A stretch of DNA of 61,665 nt, counting the filler, from Squatina squatina (taxonomy: Eukaryota), in assembly GCA_031763465.1 (NCBI GenBank). It is 4 parts of 3 records of this genome, joined end to end, with 100 filler letters (N's around TTAATTAATTAA, not from the genome) between each part and the next. Parts side by side here need not be neighbours in the genome. Positions count along the whole stretch, not along the records: positions 12,905 to 28,187 come from JARFOE010000058.1; 3 more parts are not named here. One strand, 5' to 3'. Below are positions 12,905 to 26,489 of the stretch, piece after piece. The notes beneath the pieces were generated by a model. The model saw only the letters and a list, made by a program, of their open reading frames with translations. It was not told the origin of the DNA and searched no databases. A program made the position numbers and the translations under genes. Position 1 is the first letter of the stretch; every line of letters starts with the position of its first letter.

Positions 12905-15900
12905 GTATAAATCACAAAATACATATGTACATAGTCAAAAACAAATATAAAACTATATATTTTGCCTAAAGTAGTTTTAAAAGACTACATTTAACTCTGA
13001 TTCTCCATGAGTACATAAGCAAAACTGAGCGTAATTTCTACCCGACGGGCATCTCTGCCTTTTAACAATCCAGTGCCACTGATTCCAGCTTTCTTCATTG
13101 CTGTTATTTGAAGCTGTTGTACAGGTGTTGTATTGCCCATTTTGTTGTAATCTGATCAGAATTTCCAAACTATTGTGTGTACCTGGATTTGTGTTTGATG
13201 ACTTGAAACCTATTGATTACTGTAAATTTCAGTGTAATGGAAACTGGATGCACCACATGTGTCTGCACTGCAAAAAAAGAATGGTTTTGCAAACTGTGAA
13301 TTGAATAAAATTACATCACCAGCTGAGATACTGTGCCAATATTTTTCTACTTATATCACAGAGTATTTTAAAATTGTCCAGTGCATTATCCCTGGTAATT
13401 TTATATATTCCTAACATGCCAGCACATTGAGATAGAGAGTAAAGGCAAAGAATTGATTTAGGGAGATCATACTGGAGGGAGGGAGGGATAAATAAGCCCA
13501 AGTTTGTGCAGTTCTNNNNNNNNNNNNNNNNNNNNNNNNNNNNNNNNNNNNNNNNNNNNNNNNNNNNNNNNNNNNNNNNNNNNNNNNNNNNNNNNNNNNN
13601 NNNNNNNNNNNNNNNGTTTCAACTACACGTTCCCCAGTCACTCGAAGAATGAGACAGCCAATCATTCTTCCCTCGTGTGTAATAAGTCAGCTTCTGTACC
13701 AAAGTGTGCTACAATATAGTGTTTCATGGTTGTACAGTGTGTTCTACTTTGTATCTTGGTAAAATCAGAGTACAGTACTTTCAGCTTGCTTAATTGGAAA
13801 CGTGGAGTGAACTGAAACTGCTATGGATTTTTGGGTCATTTTGATTTGGGATTACTCCAAGTAGTTAGATTCAATGAGCTGCTGAATTGGAAGAGCCAGT
13901 GCTAATAATACTGGTGAGAACGTGCCTTTGGATGAAATTTTTCAGTGGGGAGAATTTAGATTTATTGACAGTACTGATTAAAATTCAAGTGCTATTGGTG
14001 ATTGGAGATCAAGTTGACCTCCAATTCCAGCTGTAATCCAAGCTCTAGTGTGCAATGTATTTTACCCAATCATGGATGCCAAATCCCTGCACATCGAGGG
14101 GCTGATAATGCAATGGTTGCTCATGGTAGCCCATATGCATATTGAGGGTGGGCAACCTGTATTATTGGCTGCTCAGTCCTGTCGTGTGCTCATTTCGTCT
14201 AGCGGAACATCATGCAGCCAGGAAGTGACCGTTGCAATGCGAGCCGGTACATCTGGCATGCGCTGGGCTCATTGAGGACTCAATAAAGTATGGCAATTAC
14301 AAGGTGGCCCCGATGTTCATCCATGGCAGCTAAACACTGCCCCAGTTGTTCAATGCCCACATAAAACAGGTGTAAAGCGCATTACATATGCAAATTTTGG
14401 GTTCAAATTGGTGTGGTTTGTGCCGTGCACACTCCGCCTAGTTGAACCAGATCTTGAGCGGCCTAGCCAGCGATCCTTAAAGGGACCACTGGAGGCCACA
14501 AATGAAAAGGAAGGTTTTTTTAAACCTACCTTCGTGTGGAGCCAGAGCGAAAGCTGCTGATGGTCCACACTTGCCCACCCCTGTCCTCTTCCCCGCCTTC
14601 CCCACCCAGGACTGACCTGAGGACCACGTTGCAAGTCCTCCAAATTTGTGGAGAGCCAACCAGCAAGTTTCCTCTGGACACCCAATTGGCAGTTCTCCTG
14701 AATAATGCTGATGATGCCAGAGGCCCAATTTCGAACAACGCTCGGGTCTCTGGCTTCCTGCACACAATCTTGAGTGCATCAATGGAACCAATTTCTTGCC
14801 AAATGTGTTAGCTTTTTGATTAGGAGGTGTGTGAAGAACTGTTTTTGATATTTTGCCTACCTTTCTTACCAACATATATCAGAGGCCACGTAAAATTATA
14901 TAAATAATGCTTTTACTACTGTGATTGTAGGGAAAAAACAATTTAATTTTTTTTTTAACTTACGCAGATTGGAATATATATTCCAATGTGTAACCTTACA
15001 CTAAATGCAATNNNNNNNNNNNNNNNNNNNNNNNNNNNNNNNNNNNNNNNNNNNNNNNNNNNNNNNNNNNNNNNNNNNNNNNNNNNNNNNNNNNNNNNNN
15101 NNNNNNNNNNNATAAATCAGTTTTCCACACTTTTCTTTTCACATTGTTTATTAATATTTTCTGAATCCTTGTTATGATTATTAGGATGAGAGCCAGTCAC
15201 GAAATGGAAAAGAGTCTGCTTTTATTTTCATTATTTTAAGCCACGCACAGCTGGTCTGTTATAAATAAAGATAAATCCATGCACTCCTCAATTCTATTAT
15301 GCCTTGGATTGTTGGTAATGGATGCTCTGTTTGTTTTGACTTAATCCTTTCCAGCCCGTGGGAGGCCCTCAGTGCTGAATGCTAAGTTGCCCAAGAACAC
15401 CCTTCATATTTCTGTACCAGGAACCCTCATAACTATCGACTGGTCACAAACATCCCAGATGAATCAGCTGGTGCTGTGTGTTTACAGCTGTGTCTGTGCT
15501 GCTGCCTGGATTTGCTAACCAGCTGCACAATTAGACAACAAATTGATGACCCTGGTGCACAGCTGGGCCTGCTGAGGCTTGAGACTTGGGAGAATAAATA
15601 TTAACAAATGATGTACCGTATTGNNNNNNNNNCCGTATTGTTAAGAAAGCTTTTTAAATAACTGTTAATCTTCATTTGACAGGCTTAGAAACTCTTTCCT
15701 GGCTAAATCACTTCTTGCCAACCTGCGACACACAGGCTCCATGAAAGCGACTAATTGCTTCCTTAATAATAAAAAAAAACTTCAATTCTACCTGAGGATA
15801 TTAGTCAATCTGAGAGGTTTCCTAAGCTCAGGCTTTCTGAATTTTCAGCTGACATATGTTGGTTGAATGAATTGATCTGCACCTCGCCTCCAACCAGTAT

Positions 15901-16536
15901 GATACAGGAATCATTAACCGTCACCATCTTCTCAAGTTCATCTTTTTTTTAAGAAAACGACAGTTTTGTTTTGTTCGGCCAGTAATAGAAGAAATCAAAC
16001 AGGTTGTGGAGCACTATATTAAATTTCTAAATGTTAGATGATGATATTGCATGCCACATTTACAAGCCCCAGAAGGGTTAAAAGAATATTTTGTCAGTGG
16101 TAGACTGATGCCCCAGTGTCCATATTTGGTCACCATGGCAACACACTGACTAGAGACAGGGAAAATCTTTCAGAGGGCTTCACGGCCCATGAAAAGTCTA
16201 AATAATTGCATTCTCTGTCTCGGGAGACAGCCTTGAAAGACCACTAGTGACGCAGACTGTGATGTTAAATAATGACACCAATGAGAGCACCTCAGGAATT
16301 TTACGTCAGCCTGATTAATGTTTCATTCATTCTAATTTCCCTGGTGTTATTATTAGATTTGAATGAGTGACAAAAAATAGGAATGATGCAGACATGTTTT
16401 TGGATGTTTACAGTAGAGCTCGTACCCAATACGTTTNNNNNNNNNNNNNNNNNNNNNNNNNNNNNNNNNNNNNNNNNNNNNNNNNNNNNNNNNNNNNNNN
16501 NNNNNNNNNNNNNNNNNNNNNNNNNNNNNNNNNNNN

Positions 16537-16892
16537 GGAGGGTTCGGCCGTCAAAATGTCAGGCCCTCATAGCGCTTCAACGAGTGCCCAAAACGACCTT
16601 CAGTCCAGGTGTCAGTGCCCATAGCGTCACCGCCAGTTTAACGCCAGAAAAATAGAGACCAACCCATGGGTGGGTGGCCATTTTGGGTGCTGCGCACTCT
16701 GATGAAGTCATGGAGTCCATTTTACACCCAGCGCCGCTTTTCCAGTGGTCACGCATTAGCGCCCATTTAGTGCCGGCGTTAACCTGAGACCAATTTCACG
16801 TCTTAGCAATTAGCGCCGAAAATGGGTGTTAGATCCCTAATGCCCGTTTTGCGCCCATTTAGCGCCAGCACTGAACGACCAATTGGGTGCCC
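16537..16892. mobile_element. End of a CpG-rich non-autonomous DNA transposon, same family as 1-132
   Basis: Identical 12-bp terminus aattgggtgccc; shared subterminal motifs; other side cut by a gap. Confidence 0.55.
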
Positions 16893-17250
16893 AAGGTGTT
16901 TAAAATAATGAAGGATATGGACAGGGTAGTGAACAGCTCTTTCCTTCAATTGGAATCCAGAACAAGGAGAAATCATCAAACTTCCCAAGTAAGTAAGTTA
17001 AAAGGGAATCCAGAAAAAATACCTTCACACATCACAGGAAGGGTATTGAAAGACTTTGGATTGACCACAGATGTAGAATCAATTGGAGGTGTTTAAAAGG
17101 AAGTTGGATATTGACCTGGGATGAAAGGGTATTAAGAGATATGGAAGAAGGGCAGGCAAGTGGAATTAGAAAGATAAAATGATTACCATAGTGAATTAAA
17201 TATTGGAGCAGGTACAGTGTGTCAAGCAGCCCACTTTTGTCCCTATCTTT
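16893..17250 (+). mobile_element. Degenerate CR1 3' end
   Basis: VFKIMKDMDRV...ESRTR motif followed by a CR1-like 3' UTR similar to 48480-48860. Confidence 0.6.
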
Positions 17251-18661
17251 CTACTTAGCTTGAATAAATGTCTCTGGTGACACAACATGAATTGCCAGAA
17301 CAGAAACCCATCAGACGTCATTTGATGTGAATATTTTTTAAAAAGGCAGTTTGTGAAGGGATAGGTTTGACTGTCTTTGTTGTTAATGAAGCATTTGTTT
17401 CTAATAAGCTGCAAATGTAGTCAAGTTATAAAATAGCTTCAAATGTGGATCAAAATAGATTACTTATACATAAATTATAAAATGTTAACTCTGGTTAAAA
17501 AAGCATAAATTGGTAAAAGATTTTCCCAAAATGAAACCTGCTGGTAGTTTTTTTAAGCAAAGTTGAAGGCTGCCAAGGCAATGATTAGTAACATGGGGTT
17601 TCTCTAACACTGCAGACTATATACGTACAGGTGGCCAACTTATATTAATCAGATTTATATTAGGTTTGCATTCGTACCTTGGATTTAAAGGAGATTAATT
17701 GAATGTCTGGGCCTAGCTTTATAATAATAGCTACCTATTGAATAGTGGTCATATGACTAATCCCTGCTTGACATTTCAAAGCCATTCAGCTATGCCTTTC
17801 AGTGATACAGGCAGTATTGAAAACTAAAACATTTAAAAGGGACAGGACTGAATGAATATATTAGTGACTCTGTACGAAACCATGGCAATAAAATGCTCGG
17901 TCTCTCTAATGGCAGCACTGAAACCTTAGCCAATTTTCTTGTTTATCACATTTTTTGTTTCTGTAAACATCCTAAGCAAATTACAGTTCATCCTCTTGCA
18001 CCGTTTTGGTTTCAAAGGCCATTAGTAACGGTGAATTGTCTGTTCATATGATTCATACTGGATAAGGTCCATTAAAAGAGCAGGAAGCCACCACCGGTTT
18101 TATAGTTTCCATGACTGTGGTGTCCTTTAGGTTCTAAGATTTTTATTCCACTCTGCTGTTTTCGTAAAACAAATTAAAAAAGAAGCTGCTGTCTGATATG
18201 CTGACGTAGACCTGACACCTGCTAACATAAAACTGATTGATTTTCAAAGTATAAAATAATTTCAGTCTGGAAGGAATGTTACAATGTCCAACAGGCTGGT
18301 TCTCAGCATGCCTGTTTTCAATAAGACATCCAAGGGTGATTCCAACAACATACAGCTGTGTGCATGCACTGCAACCACTTTTTTTTTTAAGTTGGTAACT
18401 TGAGACAACAGAATTTCCTTGGACAAGTAGTGGACAGGTCGTAACACATCCCAAGCCTTAGCATTATTTTTTTCTACCTGACCATCTTTATCTTGGATTT
18501 TTACTCATCAAACCACAACATCAACAAGAGTACCAATTCTAATCTTAATACCAAATTGCAGNNNNNNNNNNNNNNNNNNNNNNNNNNNNNNNNNNNNNNN
18601 NNNNNNNNNNNNNNNNNNNNNNNNNNNNNNNNNNNNNNNNNNNNNNNNNNNNNNNNNNNNN

Positions 18662-18950
18662 AGTACTCTGGGATGTAGATTATCAGGCCCTGGGGATTTA
18701 TTGGCCTTCAATCCCATCAATTTCCCTAACACCATTTCTCTATTGATACTGATTTCATTCAGTTCCTCCCTCTCACTAGACCCTATGTTCCCCAACATCT
18801 CTGGGAGGTTATTTGTTTCCTCCTTTGTGAAGACAGAACCAAAGTATTTATTTAATTGGTCTGCCATTTCTTTGTTCCCCATTATAAATTCCTCTGATTC
18901 TGACTGTAAGGGACCTACGCTTCTCTTCACTGGTCTTTTTCTCTTCACAT
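18662..18950 (-). mobile_element. CR1 LINE ORF2 fragment
   Basis: EMADQLNKYFGSVFTKE...LKANKSPGPDNLHPRV, the typical pre-RT region of CR1; cut by a gap. Confidence 0.9.
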
Positions 18951-18964
18951 AGAGTAAAGGAATA

Positions 18965-19170
18965 AATGGAGACTAAGCCCAAGTAGGAGATATTAGGAGG
19001 AGCGGCCGGATGCTTGAACAACAGAGATGGGTTTTAAGCAAGGTCTTAAAAAGGAAAGGGAGATGCATAGGTTTTGGGCGGGAGTACCAAAGTGTGAACC
19101 CCAGCCAGCTGAAGGCATGGCTGCCTATGATGAGGTGAAGGAAGGGAAGGATGTACAAGAGACCAGGGTC
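18965..19170 (-). mobile_element. L2-like LINE 3' fragment
   Basis: Degenerate HAFS...LW...FKTLLKTHL, the C-terminal motif of L2 ORF2. Confidence 0.55.
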
Positions 19171-20557
19171 GGCTTATCTTATCTAACACCTCAAAAGAGC
19201 TTTATGTTGCCTTGGGCTTCCAGAGCTTAGAGAGACTTATTTTCTTCAGTGAAAAGATCCATTACACAAATGAAGAACGGCCCATCAATATGTGACGCAG
19301 CTCTGACATGTCACATGTGTCACATAACATATCGAGTGAACTTCTTTAACTAGTTTATTCAAAATTGGGGAATACAGCAAGTTAATTGCAGTGCATTGAC
19401 TGGTTTAATGCCAGCTAAAATGACAAACCTTATTTACCTATCAATATTCCCTGGGGCAATGTTGAAATAATTGCATGAAAATGCAAAATTCATATTGTAC
19501 AGCTTTTGATCCAACTAATGGAACACTCAAAACCATCAAATCGTACCTTCCAATGAGTTTTTCATGAGCAGGTTGAATAAAATACCTAAATTAGCAGCCA
19601 ATTGAATTGTAGGTTATTACGGTTAAATTTGATAAATTGCAAATCAGGGGCTTACCCTCAGAGTGTGAACGGACATTAAGCCTGTCATTTTAAATTACAG
19701 GTCAGTTTCCAGTATACTTTGAAAAATTCTGGTACAAGTCATTTTAACCTTGGAGTTGAAACAGCTGGCGCATTTCAATTTTCCTCTGGTGTGTTTGACA
19801 AGTATATGGGAGATATAGATAATGCCATATGATACAGTATAAACAGACAGCAGCAAATCCAAATGCTGCAAGGCGCTGCTCTGGGTACACGATACAAAAA
19901 CACACTGGATGAAAGGGGCATTCTTCCCAAATCAAGCAAACTGCAAATAACTAAACAATCCCCAGGAATTTCCTCTTGGGTCCAACCATCGGCCACCGTA
20001 ATTTTAGCAGAAATTCAGCACCCCACCTCCCCAAAACAACTTGTAAATGAACTTCTGTTGAAGGTATGGTGTCCAATTGGAAGGATCCCTGAGAAAATTC
20101 CCCGTGTAACCATTACCCTCTCAATAACATGTAGGACGTTGGAATTCACCAATTTATTTGCTCTGTTTCCATTTTAAAGTAAGTGATTCCATTTTACACC
20201 AGCAAATATGCTGGATTAATACTTTGAGTATACATTGNNNNNNNNNNNNNNNNNNNNNNNNNNNNNNNNNNNNNNNNNNNNNNNNNNNNNNNNNNNNNNN
20301 NNNNNNNNNNNNNNNNNNNNNNNNNNNNNNNNNNNNNCTCCCTAAATGTACAGAAATCATCGTCAAAACAGAACTAAATTTCAATTAGCTCCAGGAAACC
20401 ATCAGCGCTATAAAACAATCCTGTGGGCATTGTGCAAAGGTAAAAATGACACAGGTGTAGAGTAATTGTCTTTTGTCAACTGTATCGGCGCTTTTCAAAT
20501 TTTTCTATCTTAGGGGAATCTCCTGGTTAATGTTAACAATCTCCTGCAAGCCTCTGT

Positions 20558-20680
20558 AAATAGTAATGCACTTCCCAGTGGCCCTGAATAAATAATAACA
20601 CACTCCCGGGGGACCCCGAATAAATACTGATGCACTCCCAGGCTCCCTCATGAAAATATTAACACATTCCCAGGCGCCCA
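20558..20680. repeat. Degenerate 32-bp tandem repeat, ~4 copies
   Basis: Units starting aaata at 20558, 20590, 20622, 20654, each roughly AAATANTAAYRCACTCCC...CCC. Confidence 0.7.
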
Positions 20681-20833
20681 TTGTGGAAACACTTCTCTGT
20701 ATATCCAGCCACAGAAACAATGTGCTGGCAAATCAATAAATGCACAGAAACCAGATGACAGACATACTGCTATCTGAACGGCCTCAGAGTGGGGCAGGGG
20801 TATACCCTCGAGCTATTAGCTGTACAATTGTTT

Positions 20834-21715
20834 TTAAGAAGACATCTTTGCAATGCATGGTGCACAGGCGCACAGGCCCAGAATTGCTGCTACTGCAGCA
20901 GTAGCTCGGGATTTTTTCTGATACTTTACTGCTTTTTTAACATGGTCTGTAGACTGCACAACATAGTCAGTCGTTTGCAGTACGTTATACTCAATGCTGT
21001 TTACAATCTCTTGCTGCTCGGTCACCAGTACCTCAAAGTGCAGGAAGAATCCATGAAGCTCGGCTATCTGCGACTCAAGGAGCAGAAGCTGTTTGTGACG
21101 CTGCTGAGCGAGAGCCAAGTGCTGCTTGGCTTTGATTATCTCCAGATCCTGGCCGACAATTTGCGGGGATTCAAGATTCTCCATCAAACGGTCAATATCC
21201 TCATCCTGGAGTTGCAAGCCCGCCAGCTGAGTCTGACGAACAATTTGCTGTTTCAACCTGCCGACATATTCAATCTCCTTTGTGTAGTGAGAAGTTAGGA
21301 TCTCCCGATAGCGGATTACCAGCCTGTTAAAGTGGCACTGGCGAATCCTATATTCCACCGACGGCTGTGACTCATTTCTTTTCTGAGAAAGTATGGCTTT
21401 TATCCCATCCAGCTGTGACTGAATGATCTTGGCCTCGCGAGATAATTCACACTTGGCTTCTTTCAGGCATTGCTTTTCCTTGTATATACTGTCTTTTGCA
21501 GTCCCACAAAGCACCTTCCCTTGCTTCTTTTGGATTTCGTAAACGAGCTTTTCCAGTTTGTTGAGTTTTGAGGAAATGTCTGAAAAATCATTAAAAAATG
21601 GATCAAATTCACTCGATCCTGCTCCTTCAAACATTGGGTTCTCAATTCCACCCAGCACACTCTCCACAACGTTCTCCTTTGCAGTTTTCATTAGCTCCTC
21701 CAGCCTGTCCTTCAT
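20834..21715 (-). CDS. Single-exon Qa-SNARE syntaxin (STX11/STX19-like or divergent STX1-4-group paralog), 293 aa
   Basis: Uninterrupted 882-nt ORF from ATG 21715 (the ORF track start at 21748 is a GTG); N-peptide MKDRLEEL, helical Habc-like region, linker RQTQLAGLQLQDEDIDRLME, SNARE motif QRHKQLLLLESQIAELHGFFLHFEVLVTEQQEIVNSIEYNV, and KKAVKYQKKSR. Confidence 0.92.
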   Translation of the reverse strand: MKDRLEELMKTAKENVVESVLGGIENPMFEGAGSSEFDPFFNDFSDISSKLNKLEKLVYEIQKKQGKVLCGTAKDSIYKEKQCLKEAKCELSREAKIIQSQLDGIKAILSQKRNESQPSVEYRIRQCHFNRLVIRYREILTSHYTKEIEYVGRLKQQIVRQTQLAGLQLQDEDIDRLMENLESPQIVGQDLEIIKAKQHLALAQQRHKQLLLLESQIAELHGFFLHFEVLVTEQQEIVNSIEYNVLQTTDYVVQSTDHVKKAVKYQKKSRATAAVAAILGLCACAPCIAKMSS

Positions 21716-21879
21716 CTTACTGCAGGTGCTTACGACTTCTTCGTACACTTTCTGCTCAGTGAATGAGCTTCCTTGAATGAATCATCTGGTTTTTGTGGCT
21801 GATTCTCTCACGTCAGTGCTAAATATTTGTGTGCTAGAGCCAACACCCAAACTTAAGCAGACTTTGCTTTCCCTGATAT

Positions 21880-22061
21880 AAATACAGAACAACATGGATA
21901 AATGTGAACTTATCCACTTCGGTCGGAAAAACAGAATGGCAGAGTAATTTTTAAATGGTGATAGATTGGGAAACATTGAAGTACAAAGGGTCCTGGATGT
22001 CCTTGTACACCAGTCACTGAAAGCAAACATGCAAGTGCAGCAAGCAGTTAGGAAGGCAAAT
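21880..22061 (+). mobile_element. CR1 LINE RT C-terminal fragment
   Basis: NMDKCELIHFGRKN...QRVLDVLVHQSLKANMQVQQAVRKAN with an in-frame stop. Confidence 0.85.
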
Positions 22062-22963
22062 NNNNNNNNNNNNNNNNNNNNNNNNNNNNNNNNNNNNNNN
22101 NNNNNNNNNNNNNNNNNNNNNNNNNNNNNNNNNNNNNNNNNNNNNNNNNNNNNNNNNNNNNATGTCTCAACGTTAGTTGGTGGGTGTAAACATTTGAAAA
22201 GCATTTCAGAATGCTTTGAAATTCATATTCCTCAATTTGTACAGAATTAATGCAAAACATTATGAACTATCACTTCAGTACTTAAATTAAATTCAACACA
22301 TTTACAAAGGCACCAACCATTATTTTCTCATTATCTCCATCACTGGAAGACAAATCCCACTAGTGAATGTAAAATTCATCTTCAAAATAAAAACAAGTTA
22401 GCACACGTAATATATATTACAATTCAATCCCAATTTTTTTTTTTTAAAAGCCAGTGCAGATCAAATAAGTCATAACCTTAATTAGTGGAAAGGATATTCA
22501 TGATGTAAACCTTTAATAGCTGCCACCAAGACTGGAAGAATTGTGCAAAAACTAGGACAGGCTTGTTACTGTATGGTGAAAAGTTATAGCTAGAATTTAA
22601 ATAAATTCTGCTGCTTGTTCGGTTTATAAAGAGATCAGGAACACTGTCCAGGTATGCTAAAAATTGCTATGGTAAACAGACAGAGATTTCCTGTTANNNN
22701 NNNNNNNNNNNNNNNNNNNNNNNNNNNNNNNNNNNNNNNNNNNNNNNNNNNNNNNNNNNNNNNNNNNNNNNNNNNNNNNNNNNNNNNNNNNNNNNNNNNN
22801 NNNNNNNNNNNNNNNNNNNNNNNNNNNNNNNNNNNNNNNNNNNNNNNNNNNNNNNNNNNNNNNNNNNNNNNNNNNNNNNNNNNNNNNNAAAAATAATGTG
22901 CATATCGAATCCCTGCAGTACAAATATAATAAGTTCAGTTTAAAAAGTTCTCTGCTTTAACGA

Positions 22964-23562
22964 TCAGTGACTCCATCCCATTAAATGACTTGCCTTAGCT
23001 TTTTCTGTCATCCGTCGCATTCTTCCTGACCTAGACGTACCAAGGTTTAGAGGTTCATCAGCTGGTACAAAGCCATCATCATCAGAGTCATCATTATACA
23101 AAACAGTCCTTCTGCCTTGGTTTCTAGTTCGAATTGTGGAGCATTTATTCAATCGATCAACGCACAATTCATCTTCATCAAACCAATCATCCAACAATCT
23201 TGCCCGTTTATATTTGTTCGTTGGTGTGGTAAATTTTAAGCCTTTCCTCCTCCTTCTCCTTCTCCTCCTTACTCCTACTCTGCTTTTTATACTTTCTTTT
23301 CCTGTTGTCTTTCTTCTCACAACTTTGCTGTAATCATGATCTCCTTCAATGTGGTCTTTATCTGACCCAGAACCCGATTCTGATCCGCTTTCAGATCCTG
23401 GGCCAGACTTGGCTGACGCATCGCTGCCTAATTGTGCAATATCTTCCATTTCTTCTTTGTTTGGATTCTCTGAACAACTTTCCTCTGAGTCACTCATCAA
23501 TTTCCTCTTTGTAGAAGTACGCATTCCATGGCCGTTAACTAAAGGACCATTAGAGGACTGAT
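22964..23562 (-). CDS. BRWD3: BRWD3 last coding exon
   Basis: cttcttttcag acceptor; Ser/acidic and poly-Arg tracts, ending TRNQGRRTVLYNDDSDDDGFVPADEPLNLGTSRSGRMRRMTEKAKASHLMGWSH*, which matches the BRWD3 C-terminus as I recall it. Confidence 0.93.
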
Positions 23563-24814
23563 CTGAAAAGAAGACACGTTTGTGGTAAAAATATATAAAA
23601 TGCCCATTTATCTTTAATGTTTTCCATGCCTTTAACCTCAGATTATAATCATCTTATAACTTGGATGTCTTCGAGACTTTTCCTTGGACCTAGTGCAAAA
23701 GGACCAGCTCTACTGTTAAGCCCACACTTTATGTGAATTGACCTGATGCAAAGTATTGTAGGATGTAGTGTCCCTTGGATGAATAAATCCCTGAAGCATA
23801 CTTTAAATAGTATGAAATGTCTCACGCTTCACATCTTTGATAGACTGGCCATCAACACTCAGACAGACCATGTATCTCAGGCTATAAACTATGAAGCTAT
23901 AAACTATGAAACAATTTTATCAAGTATNNNNNNNNNNAGAAGCAAGAACAAATAAGCGGATCTCACTAACTGTAGTAAAGTACCTGATTTTTCACCAGTA
24001 ATTTAAACTCTTTTCAAAAACATTAATCATTCTTGTAACCTGGAACATGTATTTGAGACAAAGCTTGTATGTGAACTGAGATATTCAAAGTGTTCCCACT
24101 AGTTCTGGCTGATTTAACTGCCTAACAAATCAGAAATGACAACTTGCATTTTTACAGAGCCTTTAATGTAGGAAAAGCATCTTAAGAACACAAAGGTATA
24201 ATCAAAAAANNNNNNNNNNNNNNNNNNNNNNNNNNNNNNNNNNNNNNNNNNNNNNNNNNNNNNNNNNNNNNNNNNNNNNNNNNNNNNNNNNNNNNNNNNN
24301 NNNNNNNNNGGATCACGTGGGAGGCTCCAGCCAATCAAGGTAGGGGTCTCCCTATTCATATTTACGTTGAGCTCCTTTTATACAGAGCTTAACACAGGTA
24401 TGAATGGAGATAACAAAAAACCCACAAGCACGTAAAAATACATTAAAAAAAAAGCTCAAATATTAAAATTAATTAAATTGCTATACAATTAAATATTTTA
24501 TACAAATTCCTTTACTTTTTAAAAATTTTTTTAAGTGTCTAAAATATACTTACCTTACTGGACTGGGTTTTTAGTAAATAAATAAGTGGTTCAATTTTAT
24601 TTTTCAATTTTTTAAAAAACTCTTGCGCTGCTAAAAGCAGGCCTGTGCACCTGCTTTTATCAGCATTACAATTTGAAGGGCTTTCGCTTGGCAAGAATTG
24701 CAAGATCGCAATTTCCGGGTTTAGGTGCATGCCCCAGAACTTATGGGGTCCCTACAGGTGTGTGCACATCTCAGGGCCTGTATGTTTTCCTATTTGAAAC
24801 TTAAGAGTTACTTA

Positions 24815-24940
<126 letters not shown>

Positions 24941-25372
24941 CTATTGTTTAGTGAAAAAATATGAAAAATGTTTGACCATAAAATGCCACATTAGTACAGA
25001 TACATGATCGATTGGGTTAAATGAAAAACACCAGTTCACAAAGTTTAGATGCCCTTTTATTTTTCCTGCATCATATGCACAGATTGTGAAAATGTAATCT
25101 ACTTCTGAAAACATTTCTATAATGTCAATACGTAACAGGTTAAAACAAGCTCTTCAATTTAATACAATTGCTGCAATTAGTTTGTCAGAAACTGGTGCCC
25201 AAAGGAGGAGTCAAGCAATTAAGTAAAAACATTGTGTGATTTGTTCAAATATGTTTGGATTGGCAGCTCTCTTAGATTTTAGTTTAAATTTATAGACAAC
25301 GACCAGGCAATATAAAGAGGATAATTGTGGTGAGTAAAAGGTATATAATCTAAAACTCGTGCCGTGGATTTA

Positions 25373-25633
<261 letters not shown>

Positions 25634-25779
25634 TCAATTTCTGCTCAATGAACAATTCTCGTTCCACACATAGAAAGTAATCTTCGTTTCTGCTGAGAAA
25701 AGCTCCCGTTTCCCCTCATCCTGCTCTATAGAATTAGATCAGGTCCAGTATTGGCAATTATTTTGCGAACTAACAACAT

Positions 25780-25934
25780 GTATCTACAGCACAGAAACAG
25801 ACCTTTCAGCACAACTGATCCATGTTCCACACGAGCTTCCACCCACCCTACTTCATCCAACCCCATCAACATAATCTTATATTTCTTTCTCGCTCATGTG
25901 TTTATCTAGCTTTCCTTTAAATGCAGCTATGCTA
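25780..25934 (-). mobile_element. CR1 3' end (similar tails at ~3627-3682, 4737-4855, 58665-58720)
   Basis: SIAAFKGKLDKHM ORF2 end followed by the 3' UTR. Confidence 0.7.
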
Positions 25935-26240
25935 NNNNNNNNNNNNNNNNNNNNNNNNNNNNNNNNNNNNNNNNNNNNNNNNNNNNNNNNNNNNNNNNNN
26001 NNNNNNNNNNNNNNNNNNNNNNNNNNNNNNNNNNACCTATACCACTCATACAGGCACAACATGGGGATCTTTCATACTCAAGAAAAGCTACAATTCTCAA
26101 ACACGACAAATGTGTACATTTTGTAGGTCTTTCATGAGTGAAACCAGTTGCTCAGTACTCAATTTACTCTATTTTATTTCGCACAGGACAGGATGCTTAG
26201 AAATGAAGATCTACATAAAAAAAAGATATAAAAGCCATCA

Positions 26241-26489
<249 letters not shown>

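Noticed and set aside
13211-13268. Minus-strand acceptor (ttttttttgcag) followed by ADTCGASSFHYTEIYSNQ*
   Set aside because: Too short, with no partner exon or recognised homology
19744-20177. Overlapping ORFs on both strands
   Set aside because: No recognisable product or convincing splice-site pair
20789-21298. 169-aa + strand ORF
   Set aside because: Antisense shadow of the syntaxin CDS; no recognisable motifs
12905-22061. Host ARL13-family exons around the syntaxin (human STX19 is nested in ARL13B)
   Set aside because: No small-GTPase motifs found on either strand; they could be hidden in gaps, so the idea is unsupported
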